64,000 bases of DNA from Halorarum halobium (GCF_032116555.1 NZ_CP134949.1:434001-498000), one strand, 5' to 3'. Positions 42,293 to 54,087 are shown, counted from the first letter of the stretch. Made by a program: numbers and translations. Notes: generated from the sequence alone by a model not told the origin.

Positions 42293-44974
42293 GTGACGGA
42301 GTTCACGGAGCGGCCGTCACACCGCGGGCCGGACGGGGAGCCGATACCGCTTGACAGGCATCTCTCGGACGTTCGGGAACGGGTTGGCTGGCTCGTGCCG
42401 GCGGACGCCGAGACGCCGGCGGGGAACTCGCTGCGGGAGCTCGCGGAGACGGTCGCGGTGGTTCACGACTTCGGGAAGCTCACGAGCTGGTTCCAGCAAC
42501 ACCTGAACGACGGTGATCCCGGGGGACCGAAACACCACGCACCCATCGGGAGCCTGCTCGCATCCTACGCGCTCACGGAGCGTGGCTTCGACGGGGCGGA
42601 AGCGCTTGTGGGCTTCCTTGCGGTCGCACGACACCACGGCAGGCTCCCCGATGCCGCCGACTACGTCCATCGAGCGGCGATCGAACAGTCGAGCCGGCCG
42701 CAGACCCTCTTCCGGGCGGACGCCCTGCAACAGGCCGACAACATCGACGAGACCGTTCCGGAGCTCGCGGCAACAGTCGTCGACTGTGCGACCGCGGGCG
42801 GTGGCGGGTGGGAGGCGTTTCGGGAGCGGCTTGCCCGCGCCGAGTCGACGCAGGAGTTCCTATGGCTCGCTAATCCGGCGTGTAGCGGTCGGCGGTATAG
42901 TCCGGCCCCGGAGAAGCTCCCCGAGGGGTTCTACGAGGCGCTGCTGAACGTCTGGAGCGCGCTCGTGTTCGCGGACAAGGCGAGCGCCGCGAGCCTCTCC
43001 ACGGGCGTCGAGATCGGCCGGGACGCCTACCAGTCGTCGCCGCCCCAGCGGCAGGCGATCGACAATCACGTCGCAGAGATCCGGGAGGGGAACGCCGAAC
43101 TCGACCTCGATTCGCGAACCGAGCGGATGAACGAACGACGTGAGGCCGCCCGGCAGACGATCCACGCCCGCGCGGAAGCGTTCGCCGCCGCCGATCGACG
43201 TGTGGCGACGCTGACGCTGCCGACCGGGATGGGAAAGACCCTCTCCGGACTGGACGCCGCGCTGACCCTCCTGAGCGAGCGGTCGGAGGACACGTCGAAC
43301 CCGTCCGAGGGGCGACTCGTCTACGCGCTGCCGTACACGTCGATCATCGACCAGGTGGCAGACGAGAGCCGCAACCTGTTCGATCCCGGCGAGCGAGCCG
43401 ACCGCGTCACCGTCGACCACCATCTCGCCGACACGCTTGTCTCGCCGCCCGATTCCGCCGAGGAAGTGGCTGACGACGCCGTCGAGAACGTCGCCGCCCT
43501 GTTGGGCGAGAGCTGGCGTTCCGGAATGGTCGTCACCACGTTCGTCCAACTGTTCGAGAGCCTCGCCGGCCCGACCAACAGCCGCTCGATGAAGCTCCCA
43601 TCGTTGCACGGGAGCGTGATAGTGCTCGACGAACCGCAGGCGCTTCCCCTGGAGTGGTGGCCGCTCGTGGATCGCCTGGTCGAGCTGTTGACCGAGGAGT
43701 ACGGCGCCTCGGTCATCGCTATGACGGCGACACAGCCGAAGCTCCTCTCGACGGACGGTCGCGAGCCGTTCTCGCTCGTTCCGGACCCCGACCCGTACTA
43801 CGCCGAGCTGGACCGGCTCGACTTCGAGCTGCACCCCTCGGCGGTGGCGATGCTCCCCGGTCGAACGGACGGCCCCGCCGTCGATGCGGGCAACAGCGAA
43901 AGCGTGGTGCTCCCGTACGACCGGGCCAGCGAGCTGCTCGTCGATCGGGTCGACGACGGCTCCTCGGTGCTGACGATCTGCAACACCATCGACAGCGCAC
44001 GCGAGCTCACGACGGCCGTCGCCGACCAAGCGTCCGTGCTGAACGTCAACGAGGTGTATGCCGACCTGCTCGCCGATGGAGGACAGGCGACCGAGTCGCT
44101 CCGCCCGGAGCGAACGATCGCCGAGATCGATCGGCGACGACGAGCGGGCGAGCCGCTGCTGATCCACCTCACGACGCGCCACAGACCGTGTGACCGCCGA
44201 CACCTCATCGACGTCGCGACCGACCTCGCCGCGGCGGACGAGCCGGTGCTGTTCGTCTCGACACAGCTCGTCGAGGCGGGCGTCGACGTGAGCTTCGACG
44301 AGGTGGTACGGGACTTCGCCCCCATGGACAGCCTGGTACAGGCAGCTGGCCGGTGCAACCGCTCCTACGACCGAGCCCGTGGCCGAGTCACCGTCTGGCA
44401 ACTCGCGCCCCCGTCTGACCGGGAAACTACACCTGCGAGTGCGGTGTACGGCCGCGGCGAGAGCCTCACGAAGCTGACCGGCCAGGCTCTCGAGACGGTG
44501 TACGACGGAGAGCCGATGTCCGAGCCCGCCGTGACGCGGGACGCCGTCGAGCGCTACTTCGAGCTCCTCGATGCACGAGACGTCGGTACCGACGAGTACG
44601 TCGACTACCTCGAGCGCGCCGAGGCCGAGACGCTCGGGAGGCTCTCGCTCATCGACGAGCGGCCGGCCGTCGACCTCCTCGTCGCACGGACAGCCGGCGA
44701 ACGGGAGACGATCGAAGAGATACGGGCGGCGTACAACGAGTTCCGGTGGGACGAACTCGACCGGCTCGTCGAGCGGACCGCCGAATGGCAGGTCTCGATC
44801 CCGGTCTACCCCGGTGACGACGAGACGCTCGAAGCGCTCGCCGCATGCGAGCCGCTGTTTCCGGACGCCGACCGTCTCGTTCTGGACGGTCGGCCGGGCA
44901 GGAGCGACGGCTACTTCGACGCGACCGACGGCGCCGTCGTCCCCGACACAAGCGTGGAGGCCCGGTTGCTGTGA
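42293..44974 (+). CDS. cas3: Cas3 HD nuclease-helicase
   Basis: HDFGK, HHG, PTGMGKT, DEPQ, MTAT, STQLVEAGVD and QAAGRCNR motifs. Confidence 0.95.
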   Translation: MTEFTERPSHRGPDGEPIPLDRHLSDVRERVGWLVPADAETPAGNSLRELAETVAVVHDFGKLTSWFQQHLNDGDPGGPKHHAPIGSLLASYALTERGFDGAEALVGFLAVARHHGRLPDAADYVHRAAIEQSSRPQTLFRADALQQADNIDETVPELAATVVDCATAGGGGWEAFRERLARAESTQEFLWLANPACSGRRYSPAPEKLPEGFYEALLNVWSALVFADKASAASLSTGVEIGRDAYQSSPPQRQAIDNHVAEIREGNAELDLDSRTERMNERREAARQTIHARAEAFAAADRRVATLTLPTGMGKTLSGLDAALTLLSERSEDTSNPSEGRLVYALPYTSIIDQVADESRNLFDPGERADRVTVDHHLADTLVSPPDSAEEVADDAVENVAALLGESWRSGMVVTTFVQLFESLAGPTNSRSMKLPSLHGSVIVLDEPQALPLEWWPLVDRLVELLTEEYGASVIAMTATQPKLLSTDGREPFSLVPDPDPYYAELDRLDFELHPSAVAMLPGRTDGPAVDAGNSESVVLPYDRASELLVDRVDDGSSVLTICNTIDSARELTTAVADQASVLNVNEVYADLLADGGQATESLRPERTIAEIDRRRRAGEPLLIHLTTRHRPCDRRHLIDVATDLAAADEPVLFVSTQLVEAGVDVSFDEVVRDFAPMDSLVQAAGRCNRSYDRARGRVTVWQLAPPSDRETTPASAVYGRGESLTKLTGQALETVYDGEPMSEPAVTRDAVERYFELLDARDVGTDEYVDYLERAEAETLGRLSLIDERPAVDLLVARTAGERETIEEIRAAYNEFRWDELDRLVERTAEWQVSIPVYPGDDETLEALAACEPLFPDADRLVLDGRPGRSDGYFDATDGAVVPDTSVEARLL

Positions 44975-45519
44975 GCGACAGCCCCGTCTCTCGGTTGCTG
45001 GCGACGGCCCGCGGGGACGCCGTCGACGACCCGTTCCGCGTCACGGGCGTGATGATGCAGTACTACTACGTCTGTGAACGGGAGCTCTGGTTCGAGAGCC
45101 GGAACGTCGAGATCGACCGGGAGAACCCGAGCGTCGCCCGCGGGACGCGCGTCGACGACTCCTCATACGGCGAGCGCACACGGGAGAACCTCCGACTCGG
45201 GATGATTTCTCTCGACCTGCTTGAGGACGACCGGGTGATCGAGGTGAAACCCTCTTCGACGCTCACGGAGCCGGCCCGAATGCAGCTCTCGTACTACCTC
45301 TGGTATCTCGATCGGGTGCTGGGAGTACGACGAGAGGGGGTGTTGGCGCATCCGACCGAGCGGAGACGGGAGGAGGTACGCCTGACTCCCGAGCGGCGCG
45401 AGAAAGTCGAGTCGGCGATCCGCGGGATCCACGGTATCGTCACCGCCGACTCGCCCCCGGAAGCAACTGAGAAACCATACTGTGAGTCGTGTGCGTACCG
45501 CGACTTCTGCTGGGTCTAA
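44971..45519 (+). CDS. cas4: Cas4
   Basis: YYYVCERELWF, IEVK, QLSYYL and CESCAYRDFC; GTG start overlaps the cas3 stop. Confidence 0.93.
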   Translation: MSDSPVSRLLATARGDAVDDPFRVTGVMMQYYYVCERELWFESRNVEIDRENPSVARGTRVDDSSYGERTRENLRLGMISLDLLEDDRVIEVKPSSTLTEPARMQLSYYLWYLDRVLGVRREGVLAHPTERRREEVRLTPERREKVESAIRGIHGIVTADSPPEATEKPYCESCAYRDFCWV

Positions 45520-45521
45520 CC

Positions 45522-46514
45522 ATGGACAAGAACTACCACATTTTCTCCGATGGCCGTATCGAACGGAGCGAGGACACGGTTCGGCTCGAGACCGAGGACG
45601 GCGAGAAGAAACACATCCCCGTCGAGCACGCGGAGGCCGTCTACCTTCACGGGCAGGTCAACTACAACACGCGCCTAATGTCGTTCCTGAACGACCACGG
45701 CGTCGCGGTCCACGTCTTCGGCTGGAACGACCGCTATGCGGGGTCGCTGATGCCGGAGCGAGGGCAGACGAGCGGCCGAACCGTCGTCGAGCAGGTGCGC
45801 GCGTACGACGACCCCGAGCACCGACAGCGGATCGCGTCGGCGTTCGTCCGCGGCAGCATCCACAACATGCGGACGAACGTCACCTACTACGACAGTCGGG
45901 AGTACGAACTCGACGGCGTTCTCGATGACCTCGACGCCGCGGCGACACGCGTCGGCGACGCCGAAGACATCTCACAACTCATGGGGGTCGAGGCGAGCGC
46001 ACGCCGGGCGTACTACCGGACGTTCGACGCCGTCCTCCCGGACTCCTTTTCGTTCGATCGCCGGGAGTACAACCCCCCACCGAACCCGGTGAACGCGTTG
46101 ATCTCCTTCGGAAACAGTCTCGTCTACGCGAACTGCGTGTCGGCCATCCGCGCCACCGCGCTCGACCCGGCGGTGAGCTACCTCCACGAACCCGGAGAGC
46201 GCCGGTACTCGCTTTCGCTCGACATCGCGGATCTGTTCAAGCCGGTGCTGGCCGACAGACTGCTGTTTCGGCTGGTGAACCGGAAACAGATCTCCCGTGA
46301 CGACTTCCGCGAGGAGCTGGACTCGTGTCTCCTCGACGAGGGCGGTCGGGAGACGTTCCTCAAGGAGTTCGAGGAGACTCTCGAGCGGACCGTCGAACAT
46401 CCGGAGCTGAACCGGAAGGTGAGCTATCAGTACCTGCTCCGGTTGGAGGCGTACAAACTGAAGAAACACCTCTTGACGGGAGAGTCGTACGACCCGTTCC
46501 GCCGGTGGTGGTAG
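45522..46514 (+). CDS. cas1: Cas1 (type I-B)
   Basis: LMGVEA, NPPPNPVNALISFGN, YLHEP and LDIADLFKP motifs. Confidence 0.96.
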   Translation: MDKNYHIFSDGRIERSEDTVRLETEDGEKKHIPVEHAEAVYLHGQVNYNTRLMSFLNDHGVAVHVFGWNDRYAGSLMPERGQTSGRTVVEQVRAYDDPEHRQRIASAFVRGSIHNMRTNVTYYDSREYELDGVLDDLDAAATRVGDAEDISQLMGVEASARRAYYRTFDAVLPDSFSFDRREYNPPPNPVNALISFGNSLVYANCVSAIRATALDPAVSYLHEPGERRYSLSLDIADLFKPVLADRLLFRLVNRKQISRDDFREELDSCLLDEGGRETFLKEFEETLERTVEHPELNRKVSYQYLLRLEAYKLKKHLLTGESYDPFRRWW

Positions 46515-46775
46515 ATGTACGTCATCGTCGTCTACGATATGGAGGCGGACCGAACCCACCGCATGCTCACGCTCTGTCGGCGCTACCTCATCCACGTGCA
46601 GAACTCGGTGCTCGAAGGCGAGATCTCGGAAGGCGACCTCGCCACGCTCAAAGGCGAGATCGAGGACCTGCTGCAGACGGGAGAGTCGGTAGTCGTCTAC
46701 GAACTCTCCTCGGATTCATTGCTCAACCGCGCCGTCTATGGTGAGGACCCGGCCGAGGACAGCCGATTTCTCTAA
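46515..46775 (+). CDS. cas2: Cas2
   Basis: VIVVYD and HVQNSVLEG motifs. Confidence 0.95.
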   Translation: MYVIVVYDMEADRTHRMLTLCRRYLIHVQNSVLEGEISEGDLATLKGEIEDLLQTGESVVVYELSSDSLLNRAVYGEDPAEDSRFL

Positions 46776-46875
46776 CGCATGTCGACCCCCAGGGGTTGAA
46801 CGGGTATTGGAGGTCGACGGAAATAGTGAAGTGAATACCGTAGTTACAGGGGATATGGTGGCCGATTTCACCATG
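46776..46875 (+). promoter_or_regulatory. CRISPR leader
   Basis: 100 bp between cas2 and the first repeat, with a GTCGACC...GGTCGAC inverted motif and an AT-richer segment; the degenerate repeat is at the opposite end of the array. Confidence 0.8.
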
Positions 46876-49800
46876 GATTCAGACGAACCCTTGTGGGGTT
46901 GAAGCACTCCGAGAGGTCGCGGATCTTCGCCTGGTGGCTGAAGATTCAGACGAACCCTTGTGGGGTTGAAGCGGACGGTCCGGAAGGAGAACCGTGGCGT
47001 GACGATCGATTCAGACGAACCCTTGTGGGGTTGAAGCGGACCATTGCACACGTCCCGTCGCACCACACGGGTAGATTCAGACGAACCCTTGTGGGGTTGA
47101 AGCCTGCGAGTGGTGCGGGTCGGCCTTCACCTGCTGTGATTCAGACGAACCCTTGTGGGGTTGAAGCGTCTGCTGGCCGGGGCCGGCGCGCTCGACGAGC
47201 GGCCGATTCAGACGAACCCTTGTGGGGTTGAAGCCTCCGGGCGTTCGACGCGGTGGGACTTGTGGACGTGATTCAGACGAACCCTTGTGGGGTTGAAGCA
47301 CGTTTGCGTTCGAGACGGTCGAGAACATCCCCGCGATTCAGACGAACCCTTGTGGGGTTGAAGCTCCGGGCCGGGCGAAACGCGCGGCTGGAAAATCACA
47401 GGATTCAGACGAACCCTTGTGGGGTTGAAGCTTGCGTTCGGTCATAGTGCCGTCTCCAATTCCGCGTGATTCAGACGAACCCTTGTGGGGTTGAAGCACA
47501 GTCCGGACACACGATGTCAACGGATTTGGGGTCGGATTCAGACGAACCCTTGTGGGGTTGAAGCTTCGACACGCGCCCCGAGGCAGACGACGCGTTTGGA
47601 TTCAGACGAACCCTTGTGGGGTTGAAGCGGGCGAGGGCGGCGTCCTCAACCTGCGGCCGTTCGGAGATTCAGACGAACCCTTGTGGGGTTGAAGCCACGT
47701 CTGCGTTAGTGCCGTCACCATATCCGAAGTGGATTCAGACGAACCCTTGTGGGGTTGAAGCCGGTAGTGCTCATGGGTTACCACCCCTCTCCATCCGATT
47801 CAGACGAACCCTTGTGGGGTTGAAGCCAGTGAGGCGCGTAGTCGCCGCCGTCGAAGTCGGGGGATTCAGACGAACCCTTGTGGGGTTGAAGCGTTGTCCG
47901 ACACGGTGAGCGTCCCCGGGAACTTGCGGATTCAGACGAACCCTTGTGGGGTTGAAGCTACTTCGCGCGCGGAATGGCGCGATACGCCTACAACGATTCA
48001 GACGAACCCTTGTGGGGTTGAAGCGTCCACGGGGTCGGCCTCCTCGGTGGCGGGTGCCTCGATTCAGACGAACCCTTGTGGGGTTGAAGCTCGTACCGCT
48101 TCCGGAGGTCCTCGGACTGCCCGAGGGATTCAGACGAACCCTTGTGGGGTTGAAGCTTTCTGTAGCCAGTCGCGGCCGTGCCGGGCGAACCGCGATTCAG
48201 ACGAACCCTTGTGGGGTTGAAGCCGCTTCTCCTCGGTTGTGTTAGCACTCGGCGCTCTGAGATTCAGACGAACCCTTGTGGGGTTGAAGCGCCTGCCGCA
48301 GCGCCCGGCGGACGTCGTCGATGGTGATTCAGACGAACCCTTGTGGGGTTGAAGCCCCCACCGTCCGGGCCGCCGGGGTAGTTCTCCGGCGGATTCAGAC
48401 GAACCCTTGTGGGGTTGAAGCACCCGATGGGATTCCGAGCCTGGGACGACGTCCCCGGGATTCAGACGAACCCTTGTGGGGTTGAAGCTCGTGGACGCCC
48501 TGGGGGGCGTCCTCCCAGATGAACGGATTCAGACGAACCCTTGTGGGGTTGAAGCTCCTCTGCATCGGGAGTGGTGTCCTCCGCGTCGTCGGCGGTCTGC
48601 GATTCAGACGAACCCTTGTGGGGTTGAAGCGTGATACGATACGCCCTTTTATGCAACAGGAGCGGATTCAGACGAACCCTTGTGGGGTTGAAGCTCGCTC
48701 CGGTGCCGGTCGTAGCACAGCGAGCTGCGATTCAGACGAACCCTTGTGGGGTTGAAGCGTCTCGTCGGGGTCCGTCTCGTCCGTCTCGTCGGGCGATTCA
48801 GACGAACCCTTGTGGGGTTGAAGCCTCCGCGAATACTGCATGGTCTACACGCAGGTCGAGGATTCAGACGAACCCTTGTGGGGTTGAAGCACGTCCATGT
48901 CACGCTCGTCTACGGGTTCCTCGTTGGGGATTCAGACGAACCCTTGTGGGGTTGAAGCACGTTCTGCAGCCCTCCGTGAGAGCCGTCGATGAACGGATTC
49001 AGACGAACCCTTGTGGGGTTGAAGCCTCGAGGTACTGCCCGCGGTGCTCCTCGCACGTCACGGATTCAGACGAACCCTTGTGGGGTTGAAGCCGCTCGTC
49101 GGAGACCGTGCAGCCCCCGCAGTTGTGGATTCAGACGAACCCTTGTGGGGTTGAAGCCACTGTCCCGTGGAACTCGGGTCGCCCGCGTTGACCGATTCAG
49201 ACGAACCCTTGTGGGGTTGAAGCGACCCATGAGCATCGTCGAGGCTCAGACCGACGGGGATTCAGACGAACCCTTGTGGGGTTGAAGCGGAGGTCGGCGA
49301 CCTCGGACCGGAGGGCGTCGAGTTGATTCAGACGAACCCTTGTGGGGTTGAAGCGATCACACGACGACAGGGTAGGCAAAGGTCGGTTTGATTCAGACGA
49401 ACCCTTGTGGGGTTGAAGCCTGTACCGGGTCGAAGCGGTCGAGGTCGAGACGGAAGATTCAGACGAACCCTTGTGGGGTTGAAGCCCAGTAGGCCCACCC
49501 CGTGTCAACCATATCATCCACGGGATTCAGACGAACCCTTGTGGGGTTGAAGCGTCGCGCGGCGCGTCGAGGCGGTCCCCGGCTACGCGATTCAGACGAA
49601 CCCTTGTGGGGTTGAAGCTTGGAAGGCGTCGTTGAGCCGGCGCGTGTCCCAGTCCGATTCAGACGAACCCTTGTGGGGTTGAAGCCGCGAACGACTCCGC
49701 GAGATTGGCTCGCTCGCCAACGATTCAGACGAACCCTTGTGGGGTTGAAGCGCGTCCAGGCCGGTCGCGGTGTCCAGGTACACGATGGATTCAGACGAAC

Positions 49801-52800
49801 CCTTGTGGGGTTGAAGCCGTTCGGGTGCAGCGCGTCTTCGGCGTCCATCGTCGATTCAGACGAACCCTTGTGGGGTTGAAGCGGCCTCTACATTGAACGT
49901 CACGTCGACGGGCCCAGCTGATTCAGACGAACCCTTGTGGGGTTGAAGCAACTGCCAGTGCCATCAGCAGCTCGTGCTCGAGGAGATTCAGACGAACCCT
50001 TGTGGGGTTGAAGCGCGAGATAGCGAATCACCTTGTACGTCGTATCTCGGATTCAGACGAACCCTTGTGGGGTTGAAGCCTTGGAAGAACGACTGCCTGC
50101 GTGTCGTAGACCTGGATTCAGACGAACCCTTGTGGGGTTGAAGCGTTTGGGGGAGCATCTGTCGAACCAACCGTGTCCGTGGATTCAGACGAACCCTTGT
50201 GGGGTTGAAGCCCGCGGAAGTATCGGAGCCACAAGCACGAGTGGGCGATTCAGACGAACCCTTGTGGGGTTGAAGCACCCGCCGGCTCAGCCCCGTCTGG
50301 CTGGTCTGGAACGGATTCAGACGAACCCTTGTGGGGTTGAAGCGAGGAGACGGTCGGCCTCGAGGGGGTGCTCTCGTCGGGATTCAGACGAACCCTTGTG
50401 GGGTTGAAGCGACCGGGAAAACAGCGCGAAGCCACTCCAGGACCCGGATTCAGACGAACCCTTGTGGGGTTGAAGCGGACGAGATGGTCAACTGGTATCT
50501 TGCCGAGGGGCGGATTCAGACGAACCCTTGTGGGGTTGAAGCCGAGATATGATCGGACTCTTCGAGGTCCTCCGTCGTGATTCAGACGAACCCTTGTGGG
50601 GTTGAAGCTCCTCCCCCGTGTGGCAGAACATGCACTCCCCCTCCGATTCAGACGAACCCTTGTGGGGTTGAAGCGGTCCGATTCGGAGACGCCAGTACCC
50701 ACGGCGGTATCGATTCAGACGAACCCTTGTGGGGTTGAAGCTTGTGCAACGTCTCCCGCGTGGTCGCTTCCGGGTTGTGATTCAGACGAACCCTTGTGGG
50801 GTTGAAGCAACTCGAAGAACGTCACGAGTATGCCGGGCCGAAGGTGATTCAGACGAACCCTTGTGGGGTTGAAGCGCTGAGCCTTCCCCCTCGAAGACTT
50901 CGTCCGCGAGGATTCAGACGAACCCTTGTGGGGTTGAAGCTGCTTGGTCGGTCGTGTTCACCGTGTCTTCTTGGTCGGATTCAGACGAACCCTTGTGGGG
51001 TTGAAGCTCGCAGAGATCTCCGTCGGCGGTCTCACTCACCGTGATTCAGACGAACCCTTGTGGGGTTGAAGCCCCGTGAAATCGCCGTACGTGACGTTCT
51101 CTACGTAGATTCAGACGAACCCTTGTGGGGTTGAAGCGCCTGGAACCAGGGCGCTCCGACGGTGTCCAGTCTAAGATTCAGACGAACCCTTGTGGGGTTG
51201 AAGCCCCGCTACCCCGGACTCGTTGTCCTTGGTCGTGATGAGATTCAGACGAACCCTTGTGGGGTTGAAGCGATGGTCGTGATACCCCCGCGCTCGTCGC
51301 TGGACGCAGATTCAGACGAACCCTTGTGGGGTTGAAGCCTGGTTGATGGACACGTCGTCCAACTGCCCGAACGATTCAGACGAACCCTTGTGGGGTTGAA
51401 GCACGTGCTGCGAAACGTCGATGAACCCCGCTCGCCGGGATTCAGACGAACCCTTGTGGGGTTGAAGCGGACGAGGCTCGTTCGCGGTCGGGTGCGACTG
51501 CAAGGATTCAGACGAACCCTTGTGGGGTTGAAGCCGTCTCCCGGCGGTGGTGACGGCGGACTCGTCGGTAGATTCAGACGAACCCTTGTGGGGTTGAAGC
51601 GGCGGGTACGTCTGTCCCTCTTGCGACTTCGACGATCGATTCAGACGAACCCTTGTGGGGTTGAAGCGACAACATCGAGCCGGCGCCGCCCCGGGACCGC
51701 TCCGGATTCAGACGAACCCTTGTGGGGTTGAAGCTCGCAGTCGGACGCGCAGTACCTCCACGACGTGGTCGGATTCAGACGAACCCTTGTGGGGTTGAAG
51801 CGACAAGGAGAAGTGGCGATTTGAGGAGACAGACGGTCGATTCAGACGAACCCTTGTGGGGTTGAAGCTTCACAATCGGGTTTGTTCTTGGGTTACTGGT
51901 GCTGGATTCAGACGAACCCTTGTGGGGTTGAAGCATATTTACTGTCACATACGACGAGTCCATCGATAACAGATTCAGACGAACCCTTGTGGGGTTGAAG
52001 CCCCGTCCAGACGCGGGCGGACGACGGGCCTGATAGCCGATTCAGACGAACCCTTGTGGGGTTGAAGCCCGGTCCGGACGGCTACATCACGGTCGAAGTG
52101 TCGGATTCAGACGAACCCTTGTGGGGTTGAAGCACTCGTCCCCACGTCGCCGTCGCCGCTCGGGGACGATTCAGACGAACCCTTGTGGGGTTGAAGCAGC
52201 GGACGAGTGGCCGGGGGACGTGCGCGCCGATTAGATTCAGACGAACCCTTGTGGGGTTGAAGCATCCGCGAGGCCGTCGCCGTCCCAGTCGAGGCCGTCC
52301 GATTCAGACGAACCCTTGTGGGGTTGAAGCCACGTGTGGAATCTGTCGGTGAGGACCTTGGACGATGGATTCAGACGAACCCTTGTGGGGTTGAAGCATC
52401 CGCGAGGTCGTCGCCGTCCCAGTCGAGGCCGTCGATTCAGACGAACCCTTGTGGGGTTGAAGCCGTTACGGCCCGGAGTTCGACTCCGCCGCCGCCCGCT
52501 GATTCAGACGAACCCTTGTGGGGTTGAAGCAACTCCGGGAGTGAGACGTTGGAGCACCTTACCGCGGATTCAGACGAACCCTTGTGGGGTTGAAGCGTCT
52601 GAAGCGAACTCGTCGGCTGCCGGATCGTAGGTGATTCAGACGAACCCTTGTGGGGTTGAAGCTCGACAAAGTTCCACGCGAACGTGTTGAAAGAGCCGAT
52701 TCAGACGAACCCTTGTGGGGTTGAAGCACCAACAATCACGCCAGCGACGACGCTCTCGTGTGGATTCAGACGAACCCTTGTGGGGTTGAAGCGCGTCACC

Positions 52801-53057
52801 GAGGACCAGCCGCGAGCGTGGGAGTATCTGATTCAGACGAACCCTTGTGGGGTTGAAGCGAGAACATGGAACTCGACCAGACCACCGACACCGAGATTCA
52901 GACGAACCCTTGTGGGGTTGAAGCTCCGGCGGGACGCCCGTGTCGACGTCGTCGTCGCGTTGATTCAGACGAACCCTTGTGGGGTTGAAGCACGGTCAAC
53001 AACATCCGCGACGCGATCGCCGAGCGCGATTCAGACGTACCCTCGTGGGATTGAAGC
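46876..53057 (+). CRISPR. Type I-B array, repeat GATTCAGACGAACCCTTGTGGGGTTGAAGC (30 bp), about 94 repeats / 93 spacers
   Basis: Manual count. Spacers are mostly 34-38 bp (one is 45 bp). Terminal repeat 53028-53057 has 3 substitutions. Confidence 0.98.
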
Positions 53058-53090
53058 CTAGGCCGGGAAAGAACGCCGGGACTCTCGTCC
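53055..53090 (-). other. Degenerate tRNA-Thr 3'-half copy (att-like)
   Basis: AGCCTAGGCCGGGAAAGAACGCCGGGACTCTCGTCC versus tRNA AGCCTGAGGCGGGATTTGAACCCGCGCTCTCGTCC; similarity stops at the anticodon loop. Confidence 0.75.
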
Positions 53091-53154
53091 GCTGGGCGTT
53101 TCACGCCCTGTGTACCCGGACGACCCGTTTACGCAGGCTGTACCCAGACAGCCT

Positions 53155-53606
53155 ATGAGCCTGAAACCGACGCCGCCGCACGAAGCCAAGAACCGATTTC
53201 TCAACGACAAGAAGCCGGGCGTCACTCGGAAAACACTCAAGAACTACCGGACGTGCCTGCGCCACTTCTGCGACTGGCTGGACGACCAGCAACTCACGAA
53301 CCTGAACGACCTCGACAGCGAACTCATCCAACGGTACAAGGAGTTCCGGCTGTCCAAGGTCAAGGTCATCACGGCGCGGCAGGATATAATGACTATCAAG
53401 CAGTTCATCGAGTTCTGCGAGCACATCACGGCTGTCCCGCGAGGGATGTGCGATTAGGTTCGGATACCCCCCAGGCCAACGAGGACGACGAAATATGCGA
53501 CGACCTCCTCACGAGGGCCGACGCAGCCGCCGTGTTGGCCCTCTTCGGCAAGTACGAGTGCGCCAGGAATCAGCACGTCTCGCTGCTCGTCCTCTGGAAG
53601 ACCGGG
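53155..53606 (+). pseudogene. Truncated XerC/D-like phage integrase (N-terminal SAM-like domain)
   Basis: TLKNYRTCLRHFCDWL...LNDL...YKEFRL, an in-frame TAG at 53455, a frameshift, then KYECARNQHVSLLVLWKTG, ending where the catalytic Arg would follow. Confidence 0.78.
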
Positions 53607-54087
53607 AAGAAGGCCAGACACGGAGGTCACGAGCCCAGGATTCGTGCTGCCCTGTCTCTGGATCCCTGCAACCCTCCAGGTCGCCGCATCCACAGCAGTT
53701 TCAGATCGAGACACTCGGATTGCGGCGATCTATCCGGTGTAGTGGAAGATGAGCGACGTCCTGAGTGAGAAGAGGTGTGCTCCCAGATTTGGGAGTCGAG
53801 GCCGATAGATTGCCTGTTCCCGAGTGGAGAGGAAGGTGGTTTGAGCAGGAGTCTAACTCAGATATCAGCCCAATATGGGCTGACGTGCTGACTACCGGAA
53901 GGCTCAAGCGTTTCATTATCGGATTCGGGCCCCGGAAGGAGCGCACCTGTGGAATTCTCCATTCCCGTTCAGGGTGAGTTCGCTCGGGGCTGAGCAATCT
54001 GATCCAGATGATGAGACGAGGAGGTTCAGAACCGTCGAATTTGGAGAGATAAGGGTTTCCAACGACTCGCTCCAATTTCGGCTAAGC

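Noticed and set aside
46786..46802. Repeat-like CCCCAGGGGTTGAAC in the leader as a hidden extra repeat
   Set aside because: Only the 3' part resembles the repeat and spacing does not fit the array period; it is likely part of the leader motif.
46876..53057. Many short ORFs within the array
   Set aside because: They are translations of repeats and spacers (recurring IQTNPCGVEA / LQPHKGSSES).
46876..53057. Self-targeting spacers against genes in this window
   Set aside because: None found by eye; an exhaustive alignment is needed, so this is not excluded.
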